A stretch of DNA of 64,000 nucleotides, taken from NCBI RefSeq assembly GCF_006345805.1, contig NC_043010.1, forward strand, positions 43,028,001 to 43,092,000, given 5' to 3'. Made by a program: the position numbers and the translations under genes. Positions within the stretch are counted from its first letter, which is position 1. Each line of letters opens with the position of its first letter. This stretch comes from Octopus sinensis (lineage: Eukaryota). This document shows, piece after piece, positions 37,428-47,400 of the stretch. Below the pieces are notes generated by a model. That model ran no database searches. It was not told the origin of the DNA and saw only the letters and a list, made by a program, of their open reading frames with translations.

Positions 37428-37534
37428 AAGATTTGAATAACAATTGCGTTTAACTCCATTTATTTATTTATCTATATAATATATATATAGTATATAAATA
37501 TATTTATATAATATATATATATATATTCTATTAT

Positions 37535-37675
37535 TCTTTTACCTATTTTAGTCATTTACTGCGCCCATACTGGAGCACCGCCTTCAGTCGAACAAATCTA
37601 CCCAAGGACTTATTCTTTGTAAGCCTAGTACGTATTCTATCAGTCCCTTTTGCTGAACCACTAAGTGACGGGGAC
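37535..37675 (-). mobile_element. SINE family A 3' half
   Basis: Tail match; ends at the TA tract holding the mariner. Confidence 0.75.
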
Positions 37676-37813
37676 ATATATATATATACACACACACATA
37701 TATATATATATACACATATATATATATATACACACATATATATATACATAGATATATATATATAAATGTGTATATATATATATATAATATATATATATAT
37801 ATAAATGTATATA

Positions 37814-39090
37814 TTAGGTTGTCGAGAAAGTTCTTGCGGAATTTTAAATTTTGGTTCTAAATTATGTATTTTCAAATTAATTTTCGTTAAATTACCTTGA
37901 CTTTATATATCATTTTAAAGTCCATTTTTCACTCTATCTAATCATGTTACTCGTTTTCTTTTTGAATAATTTGGCCATTTTTTCCGGAACGTTGAATACA
38001 ACATGGACAAAAAGCAAATTCGCACAATTTTCTTATTCCAGTTCAAGCTAGGCCAAAAAGCCGCTGAAACAGCTCACAATATCAACGATGTGTTTGGCCC
38101 AGGAATCACTAATGAACGTACAGCACAATGGTGGATCAAGATATTTTGTAGTGGTGACAAGAGTCTTGAAGATGATAGGCGTAGTGGTTGACCATCAGAT
38201 GTTGACGATCAACTAAGAGCCTTAGTGGAAGCCAATCCACACACAACTGTTCGAGAGCTTGCTTCAGAATTAGACGTAATGTATACGACAATTTTCAACC
38301 ACTTGAAAGAGATTGGAAAAACAAAAATACTTGAGAAATGGGTGTCGCACAAATTGAACGACAACCAAAAAAAACGCTATTTAGAAGTGTCGTCTTCCCT
38401 TCTTTTACACAACAAGAATGACCCATTTCTCAACTGGATTGTGACTTGCGATGAAAAGTAGATTCTTTACAACAACCAGCGATGCTCAGCTCAGCGGTTG
38501 GACACCGATGAAGCTCCATGCCACTTTCCGAAGTGAAAGTTGCACCAAAACAAGGTCATGGTGACTGTTTGGTGGTCTGCCACCAGTCTCATCTATCACA
38601 GCTTTTTGGATCCTGGCAAAACCATTACGGCAGAGAAGTACTGTCAGCAAATAGATGAAATGCATAAGAAACACCGACAACAGCCAGCATTAGTCAACAG
38701 AAAAGGACCAATTCTTCTCCATGACAACGCTCGACTGCACATCGCACAACTGACCCTGCAGAAGTTGAACGAATTGGGCTACGAATCTTTGCTTCATCCG
38801 CCATACTCACCAGACCTCTTGCCTACCAACTACCACTTCAAGCATCTCAACAACTTCCTGCGTGAGAAACGCTTCAAAAACCAAGACGATGCCAAACAAG
38901 CCTTCAATGACTTCGTCACCACCAGAACACAGGATTTTTACGCTACTGGCATAAATAGATTTGTTTCGTGTTGGCAAAAGTGTGTTGATTCTGATAGTGT
39001 TTATTTCGATTAATAAAGTTTTGTTTGAGCCAAGATATGTGCATCTGAATTTAAAGGTTAAAAACTGCAAGAACTTTCTTGACAACCTAA
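37814..39090 (+). mobile_element. Full-length (1277 bp) non-functional mariner
   Basis: TIR TTAGGTTGTCGAGAAAGTTCTTGC / GCAAGAACTTTCTTGACAACCTAA, TA TSD; MDKKQIR..., VTCDEK, LHDNAR, YSPDLLPTNY; in-frame stops. Confidence 0.95.
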
Positions 39091-39969
39091 TATATATGCA
39101 TATATATATATGATAGGAAGTGTATAATTAAATCATTGGGGTGGGTATCAATAAAGCAAAATAAAATAAACGGCTACTATAACATAATATGTCTAAGGTT
39201 ACAGGAGGTAATGGGATAATTACTTATAGAATGTTTTAGTCTTGCTATCTTTCAACTATAAGAAAATGAAAGCAATGAAAATTGAAGGGTGGAATACAAT
39301 CATGATTTGACACAGATATGAATCATAAAAAAATAAGTTGATGTAGCAGTTGGATTAAATAAGTTTAAAAAGTGTGTTTTGTATAAAATGCCATATTAAT
39401 AACTGTTTAATACAGTGATGAATTTTATATTAGTGTAGCATTGGATAAAGCAACGAAACTGAAAAACAAAGAGTTGCCAAATTCTAAGAGAAACTATGAG
39501 AAATGTTTGTCTTTTCATGCAGCAAAACACACATTTTAAACAGAAAATTGAACATTTGAAAGCACAAATAATAAAGTAATAGAATTTTTAAAAAACATTT
39601 AGAATAATAAGGAGCATTACTACTTCTGTTGCTCACTATGATAATTGTAGCGGTTTTGGCAATTGATTGTTTAAAATAAAATATAAGTAAAAAAAAAAAC
39701 ATAGAATAAAACAAAAGCTACGAGATAATACAATCTGAAGAAAAATAAAATATCAAAATGTTTTATGATAATTACATAACTCTCATTAGAAGGAAAATGC
39801 ATCCTTTATAAAATATTAAATAACAATACCTTTCTTTCTGCATTGAAAATGAGGTGGAGGTAAAATACCTAAACATCATAGCAATATAGTATTAATTAAC
39901 AATATATATATGTAATTTTTTTTAATGTCTAATAAATTTAAGAAACTTAACAGAGACTGAATAAAACAT

Positions 39970-41439
39970 CTAATCTGATTGCTTGCTGTGTCCACTTGTA
40001 CATGAGGGCATATTGTGTCCAGCTGTACATGGGGACATGTTGTGTCCAGCTGTACATGAGGACATGTCATGTCCACCTGTACATGGGGATATGTTGTGTC
40101 CACTCATACATGGGGATATATCATGTCCTCCAGAACATGGTGACATTGTATGTCCACCTGTACATGTGGATATATTGTGTCCTGCTGTACATGTGGATAT
40201 ATTGTGTCCAGCTGTACATGTGGACATATTGTGTCCACCTGTACATGGAGATATATTGTGTCCAACTGTACATGGGGATATATTGTGTCCAGCTGTACAT
40301 GAAGGAACATTGCCTGAGGTTACCCAACTGGTTGTTGTCCATGATGTAGGTGACACGGGGAATCCCCTCACCCAGGCATGATTATGATCTGGTCTAGGGG
40401 CCACCATTTGATGATGCGTGCACATTGATCCCATAACAGGAGCAGTAGTAACAGCTGCTGGCTGCTGAAGCTCACCACTGCCAGTACCTGCTGAGATAGG
40501 TTCCAGCTGAAGTTGGTTTGGTGTTTGATTTCGTCTTTGAGACATACCAGTGTCATTTGATACCCCTATGTGTGAATGTCCATGTTTTTTAAGATGTGAT
40601 CGTTGAGAAAATGCTTTCTTACACACATCACATTTATAAGGTTTTTCTCCAGTGTGTGTATGCTGATGTTTATTTAAATGTGTTCTTTGGCTGAATGCTT
40701 TTTGACACACACTGCACTTGAATGGCTTCTCTCCAGTATGAACACGCTTATGATTATTCAAATGAGTTCTCTGACTGAACGCTTTCTTACATACATCACA
40801 TTTAAATGGCTTTTCCCCAGTATGAATCCGTTCATGGTTGTTGAGATGATCCTTCTGTGCAAATGCTTTGTTGCAAATTAAGCAAACAAAAGGTTTAATA
40901 CCAGAATGAATACGTTCATGACTATTGAGATGTGTTCTTTGACTAAATGCTTTACAGCAAACAGAACACATAAAAGGCTTTTCCCCTGTATGGGTACGTT
41001 CATGGTTATTAAGATGCGATTTCTGTGAGAAGGATTTCCGACAAATCAAACATGTAAATGGTTTTTCTCCTGTATGAATACGTTTATGACTGTTCAAATG
41101 TGTTCTCTGACTGAACGCTTTACAGCATACTTCACAGGTATATGGTCTTTCACCAGTATGTGTGTGTTCATGATTCTTCAATTTATCTCTTTGGCTGAAT
41201 ACTTTCCCACAGAAGGCACAGTTGAAGTGTTTTCCTGTTGCTGAAGCTAATTCATGCTTATTTAAATAAGCTTTTAGTGTAAAACCTTTACGGCATACGT
41301 CACATTTATATGGTTTCTTTGAGTTATGAGGTACATTCTTGTATGTTTGAGCCTGGTCATTGGAAGGATAAGAGATTCCACAACTGTGATAATTATAATG
41401 GTTCCCAAAACTTGGATAAACTGGTTGGCCAGAATACAT
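39970..41439 (-). CDS. C2H2 zinc-finger protein (489 aa; 1 degenerate + 8 complete fingers; C-terminal CxxGH repeats)
   Basis: CxxC-F-L-HxxxH fingers with TGEKP linkers; intact ORF; in-frame stop 21 nt upstream of the ATG. Confidence 0.92.
   Translation of the reverse strand: MYSGQPVYPSFGNHYNYHSCGISYPSNDQAQTYKNVPHNSKKPYKCDVCRKGFTLKAYLNKHELASATGKHFNCAFCGKVFSQRDKLKNHEHTHTGERPYTCEVCCKAFSQRTHLNSHKRIHTGEKPFTCLICRKSFSQKSHLNNHERTHTGEKPFMCSVCCKAFSQRTHLNSHERIHSGIKPFVCLICNKAFAQKDHLNNHERIHTGEKPFKCDVCKKAFSQRTHLNNHKRVHTGEKPFKCSVCQKAFSQRTHLNKHQHTHTGEKPYKCDVCKKAFSQRSHLKKHGHSHIGVSNDTGMSQRRNQTPNQLQLEPISAGTGSGELQQPAAVTTAPVMGSMCTHHQMVAPRPDHNHAWVRGFPVSPTSWTTTSWVTSGNVPSCTAGHNISPCTVGHNISPCTGGHNMSTCTAGHNISTCTAGHNISTCTGGHTMSPCSGGHDISPCMSGHNISPCTGGHDMSSCTAGHNMSPCTAGHNMPSCTSGHSKQSD
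39987..40304 (-). repeat. Coding 27-bp minisatellite (12 units)
   Basis: Unit CATGGGGATATATTGTGTCCAGCTGTA; encodes C-T-x-G-H-N-I/M-S-x. Confidence 0.95.
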
Positions 41440-41801
41440 TTTACTACCTTCATAAAGTCAACTTTCAGGCATTAAATACTGTAAGGATTTTATGGGATTA
41501 CTTTTAGACAAATAGTAGAACAAATTTTTCAGCTTCCAGTATTGACAGCAAGGTTTTTCAGACTTTACACTAAATAATATAAAAAATTAATAACTATTAT
41601 TAATATTAATCAACATACAGTTCTGAATGAATGAAAACTTTTGAGAAGGTAAAAATTATAAAGAATAGAAGTAAAATAACTAGGTTTATTAGCAATTAAA
41701 TGTATAACATAAAACAGCAGTTTGCTTATAATAATTTTATTAAAAAATATCTTTTATGAGTACTAATTATATTCAGGAATAGAAATATCAGTTGTTTTTA
41801 T

Positions 41802-42031
41802 TTAGCCCACTAGCATTTAAATTGGCTATACCAGGCCCAAATATTCTACCTGTTTCATGTGCAAAATGTCTAGATCCAGCATCTTATACCCACCCTACAA
41901 TGTCATTGTAAAAAAATAAACAATCGCATCATTGAAATCTCAAAGCTACAAGATAATGCAAGATTAATTGTTTAAAATTTGAATAAGTATGCATTACATT
42001 TGACAAAGTAATCTGAAAGCTAAAGGCTTAA
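41802..42031 (+). mobile_element. TTAA-flanked MITE family 1
   Basis: Collinear with 9951-10165. Confidence 0.7.
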
Positions 42032-42859
42032 TAAAGTAAGAGATTTACACTATACACAAGTTTGCTTATGTTAACAGTTTAACTTTACCAAGAGATCAAA
42101 AATGAAGAAGAATGATGAAATTTATGGAAAAGATTCCAACCATGTTAATAATTTTAATCTGATTATAAGAGTTATCATCTATATCTAAAACTAATCTAGT
42201 CTTCATACAATTTCAAAGATTAAAATATTATTTACAGAGCAAATATAAATTTTGAAATAAAATGAAATTACTTATCTAACCTATCCATATTATTATTGAA
42301 TAGGTAAATACGGGAGTTATCGTTTGTGAATCAGGAATTTAATTTTTACATCACTTGACTAATCATGCAGCCAGAAACAAGGCAAGATTAAAAAAAAAAA
42401 AAAGGGACAGCACTGATGACCTATTTATGGATACATCAGAACAGAAAATGTGAAACATATATTTTACATTTTGTGTTCTAAAGACTATATTTAATGCAAG
42501 GAACGAATAAGTATTTCTCACTTTGATTTTTATTATAAACTATTTCTGAACTGAGAAAATTTGCTACTACTTGTCACTTGGTCGGAGATTAAAGGTAGAT
42601 AATGGACCTTTAGATTTCATCAACAACAAACAACAAATGTTCCAGCTAGTATAAATGACACAACTTTGCATTAGTCTTTCAAGCTATAGTTATTTGTTGG
42701 CATTTTATTTGTAAGATCTCACTAATCTGATCTAACCGCTTTATCTCAGGTTTTCCTTTTCTTTTATCGCTTCTTTACATCTAAGTGTTTACAGTATTTA
42801 TTTCTGATGCCATTCAAATAATATAAACACCAAGAATAAAATTGTGATATATATATATT

Positions 42860-43194
42860 TGTTTTGCAAGATTGTTAATGTGAAATCGTGTGTTGAAACA
42901 GATATTGCTGTATTTAGGAATGGTCACTTTGCCAGTTTAGCCAATAAATACAATAGAAATACGAAATGCAAAATGGCTGACCGTTAGTAAGGAGAGACAC
43001 ACAAATAAGAAAGAGAAAAACAAAGGACCACTGATGCGGTCACAGGAGTGTGACGAAAGAACTTTGGCCGAAATAAGATTAAGATTAATGTAAAATATAA
43101 ATAACGCTGAAGCAAAGTAACACCAAATATATAGTGCGTGTGTTTTTATTGGCTAAACTGGCAAAATGACCATTCCTAAATACAACAATATCTG
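42860..43194 (+). mobile_element. Inverted-repeat element with a degenerate hammerhead
   Basis: 50-bp arms (42899-42948 / 43145-43194, 2 mismatches); CCA-CTGATGCG-gtcac..gtgac-GAAA-GAAC-TT-TGG at 43025-43069. Confidence 0.6.
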
Positions 43195-43195
43195 C

Positions 43196-43582
43196 TCTTT
43201 TACTTGTTTCAGTCATTTGACTGAGGCCATGCTGGAGCACCGCCTTTAGTCGAGCAAATCGACCCCAGGACTTATTATTTGTAAGCCTAGTACTTATTCT
43301 ATCGGTCTCTTTTGCCAAACTGCTAAGTGACGGGAACGTAAACACACCAGCATTGGTTGTCAAGCAATGCTAGGGGGTCAAACACAGACACACAAATATA
43401 TATACACACATACATATATATGACAGGCTTCTTTCAGTTTCCGTCTACCAAATCCACTCACAAGGCATTGGTCGGCCCGGGGCTATAGCAGAAGACACTT
43501 GCCCAAGATGCCACACAGTAGGACTAAACCCGGAACCATGTGGTTGGTAAGCAAGCTACTTACCACACAGCCACTCCTGTGC
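43196..43582 (-). mobile_element. SINE family A, near full length
   Basis: Highly similar to 9-405. Confidence 0.9.
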
Positions 43583-43809
43583 CTATATATATATATATAT
43601 AAATTCATATATGTTATATTCTATGAGGCCAATTACTTTCTTAACTAATCTAACTGAACACTGTAAATATCTGCTGGATGATGTTGCTGAGGAAAATGAA
43701 AACAAGTCACAGAACTGATTGTGTCAAAGATGATCAACAAGAAATAAATATGACAATAAAAACCAATGTACTGCTGATGAAGCAGTACTAAGAGATTCAA
43801 ATTTACGTA

Positions 43810-44495
43810 GCGAGAATGGATGAAGATAGTTGTGTGAAAAAGTGCCACACCCTAGCAGTTGAGGGAACCTGTGGAAGAGATAGACCCAGGAAAACCTGGG
43901 ACAAGGTGGTGAAGCACGACCTTCGAACTTTAGGTCTCACCGAGGAAATGACCAGAGACCGAGACTTTTGGAAGTATGCTGTGCATAGGAAGACCCAGCA
44001 GGACAAGTGAGACCATAACCCACGGCCTCTACCTGGGACGTAGCCAGCCCACTTATGCATACCTTTCCTTCTGGTGACACAAACCCTACTTGTGAAGACC
44101 TGTTGAGGCAAGTGAAAATCAAAATCAAAATCGAAATCGATCAACATCAATGGAAATTGTAGCTGTGATACCAGTGCTGGTGGCACATAAGAGAACCATC
44201 CGAACGTGGCCATTGCCAGCGCTGCCCGAACTGGCCTCTGTGCCGGTGGCACATAAAAAGCACCATCCGATCGTGGCCGTTTGCCAGCCTTGTCTGGCAC
44301 CTGTGCAGGTGGCACGTAAAAAGCACCCACTACACTCACGGAGTGGTTGGCGTTAGGAAGGGCACCCAGCTGTAGAAACACTGCCAGATCAGACTGGGCC
44401 TGGCGCAGCCTTCTGGCTTCCCAGACCCCAGTTGAACCGTCCAACCCATGCTAGCATGGAAAAGGGACGTTAAACAATGATGATGATGATGATGA
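43810..44495 (+). mobile_element. RTE LINE 3' end
   Basis: MDEDSCVKKC...GRDRPRKTWDKVV...DRDFWKYAV, tandem 3'UTR units, (GAT)n tail. Confidence 0.9.
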
Positions 44496-44524
44496 ATATA
44501 CTTACATGAATACGAAATATAATT

Positions 44525-44710
44525 TTAACCCTTTAGCATTCAGATTATTCTGTCAAATGCAATACTTATTTATTCACATTGTTTAGAATTAATCATGCAT
44601 TATCTTGTAGCTTCAAGAGTTTGATGATGTGATTGTTTATTTTTTGAATGACATTGTAGAATAGGTGTGAGGGGCCAGATTTGGCCAGTTTGAACATGAA
44701 GCAAGTAAAA
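44525..44710 (-). mobile_element. TTAA-flanked MITE family 1, reversed
   Basis: TTAACCCTTTAGCATTCAGATTA end. Confidence 0.7.
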
Positions 44711-45235
44711 TAATAAAAATGACCAAGTCAGTTCATAAGTTCCAATCCTTGACCAAATCCTCCTCCTCTAAATCATGTACTATCAATACAATATTATGAT
44801 CACAGTCATAAAAAATATAAGTAAACTAAGAAAACCTTGCTAAGTTTATGATACCAAGTGACAAGAAATGCAATATGGTCTACAGACAAAACAACGAATG
44901 CTTTGTGCAACACCAGTAAGCATGTAATGCAATGTTTCCCAACAAGATCCACAATACTCTTAAAGAAAGAATTTGCAGTTATGAGGAGGTGGTGAGCAAA
45001 ATATTATGGGGAGGAGGTGTTTAGAGACTCGTTTATGGCAGTAAGTAAATTGATAAATCGTCAGCAAAGTAAGGAAAAGGGAAGAACAACTGAATGTGCT
45101 GCCAAATTTGATTATATTTTAATAGATTAAATCTTGAGTCTTTCACTTGTTTCAGTCAATGGACTGTGGCCATGCTGGGGTACCGCCTTGAGGGGTTTTA
45201 GTCAAATGTAATTTTTATTTCTATTTAAAAAAATG

Positions 45236-45454
45236 TTTAGACAGACCATATCCAATCTAAACATTCTACCTATTTTATGTTCAAACCAGCCATATCTGAT
45301 CTCTCAGACTTATCCTACAATGTCATTCTAAAAATGAATAATCACACCATTGAGATCTCGAAGCTATGAGACAATGCATGATTAAGTAAGTCATAAACAA
45401 TAAAAATAAATAAGCATTACATTGGAGAGAGTAATCAGAATGTTGAAGGCTTAA
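45236..45454 (+). mobile_element. TTAA-flanked MITE family 1, left end missing
   Basis: Collinear with 9951-10165. Confidence 0.65.
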
Positions 45455-45639
45455 AAATGTATGAATGTCCCTGAGTGTATTCCATACACTACGATTCAAA
45501 GATCTTTGGTGGAGACCTGACATCTTTCTTGGCATGGTGGTGTGGATTTTTCAATCAAATGATCTCTAGGAACACCAGTATAGGAAAATCTATCTTGATG
45601 TAAAGTTTACCGTGATGGTTTTTATTTTAATTAACAATT

Positions 45640-46003
45640 CAATTAACAATGATCGAAATCGATCAACATCAATGGAATTTGCAGTTTGTGGTACCAGTGC
45701 CGGTGGCACATAAGAGAACCATCCGAACGTGGCCGTAGCCAGCACCGCATCGACTGGCCTCTGTGCCGGTGGCACGTAAAAAACACCATCCGAGCCTGGC
45801 TGTTCGCCAGCCTCACCTGGCACCTGTGTCGGTGGCACATAAAAAGCACCCACTACACTCATGGAGTGGTTGGCGTTAGGAAGGGCATCCAGCTGTAGAA
45901 ACACCGCCAGATCTGACTGGCCTGGTGCAGCCTTCGGGCTTCCCAGACCCCAGTTGAACCGTCCAACCCATGCTAGCATGGAAAGCGGACGTTAAATGAT
46001 GAT
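45640..46003 (+). mobile_element. RTE 3'UTR and tail
   Basis: Three tandem units plus conserved tail. Confidence 0.85.
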
Positions 46004-46119
46004 TAAACGAATTTCTTAAATACAATTAAATGGCCATGTCTTGAAACAAAATGTCATCCATTATTGAGAATGTATGAGCAGCAGCAGCCTGGCATTGTTT
46101 TAACGTTTACAAGTTGACA

Positions 46120-46327
46120 AAGGCAGCAAGCTGGCATGTCAGACAAAAAGCTTAGTAGTATTTTGTCCATCTTTACTTTGAGTTCAAATTCCGCCAAGGT
46201 TGACTTTGCCTTTCAGCCTTGCTGGGGGTTAATAAAATAAGTACTAGTTGAGTACTGGGGTTGATGTAATCGATTTACCCCCAAACCCCAAAATTCCTGG
46301 TCTGGTGCCAAAATTTCAAACCAATAT
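46120..46327 (+). mobile_element. SINE family B
   Basis: GAGTTCAAATTCCGCCAAGGTTGACTTTGCCTTTCA...GGGGTTGATGTAATCGA. Confidence 0.75.
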
Positions 46328-46989
46328 TTATGAGTTGACAGGTCAACTTAATCCCCTAATTTTTTACAACTTATCCTTGTTTACTAAAATCTCAAACATC
46401 TCAGCACCACTGTTGCTAAACAAAAAAGGATAAACTTATTCCCCAGAAGAATGGTCAACCCTTTCACTCATCAATGAGTGAAGCACCATGTAAGAAGATT
46501 TGAGAATTGAGGAATCAAGCATATCATAATCTGAATTTACCTGAACATCTAGTGGGTGCCATCCATTTTGAGTGTCCACCAATTCACTCACCCAAAGACA
46601 CAAGTTTTCCACCTGTGCATGGACAACAGCATCCAGCCCTGCCCCACAAAAAAGCTTCACCAAAAGCAGAGTAAATATCTAAATCCAAGTTTATTTCAAG
46701 GCAATTTTTGAAGACCTTGGCACTACAGTTAGACTAAGGAAATATCTTGATTTTTAAACCTACTTAAATCAAGCTTCAGATATCAGCTATCTCCATGATC
46801 AAAACACTTTAAAAACATTGACATCATATTTAAGAAAAAGAACATAATATTGGCTAAACTGGCAAAATGACCATTCCGAAATACAACAAGAACATAATAT
46901 AGAAAACTTTCAATCTTAATTTTTTTTTTTTTTTTTTGTTTTGGCTGGAGTAAAAAAAAATGTTTTGTTTTTTCTCTGTAAAGGACATT

Positions 46990-47400
46990 AACTTAATTCA
47001 TGGAGATAGCTGATATCTATGACAAGATGAACTGCTTGAATTTGCAAATGAAATGAAACCATTTCAATTCAATTGCAGTCAACAGATTTATAAGTAAAAT
47101 CATGGTAGACGGGAGTTCTGTCCGGTTCCATTAAAGAAAAGTCTTTCAATTAGTTAGATGATAATCTGAGGATCTGGTGTGCACATTAAAAACAACTGAA
47201 GATTTGGATACAAGATTTAATGATTTGATTAAACTGGGGATGTCCGACCATTGACTGGGTAACAAAATTAAATTTTGACCAACAATTAGAAAATGAATTG
47301 AAGTAGCACAATGTGGGGATTTACGACTTCATTTATTAAATTTAGAACCAAATATTGCAAAACTTGCGGCTAGTCATCATCAGTTGCAGGAATCATATTA
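46990..47400 (+). mobile_element. hAT (Charlie-like) transposase C-terminal relic
   Basis: IADIYDKMNCLNLQM and RLHLLNLEPNIAKLAASHHQLQESY resemble Charlie-type C-termini. Confidence 0.5.

Larger units (their letters stand above)
36947..37476. mobile_element. Inverted-repeat element with a hammerhead in each ~155-bp arm
   Basis: Arms 36947-37101 and 37321-37476; internal 23-bp hairpin at 37123-37174; (TA)n flank. Confidence 0.75.

Noticed and set aside
39987-40304. CRISPR-like reading of the 27-bp repeats or of the RTE 3'UTR units
   Set aside because: No unique spacers, eukaryotic context, no cas genes
39983-40381. Plus-strand 132-aa and 117-aa repeat ORFs
   Set aside because: Antisense shadows of the stop-poor 27-bp coding minisatellite
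46590-46680. Splice-bounded open segment on minus upstream of the ZNF
   Set aside because: No recognisable homology; the ZNF frame has an in-frame stop upstream of its ATG, so it could only be a UTR exon
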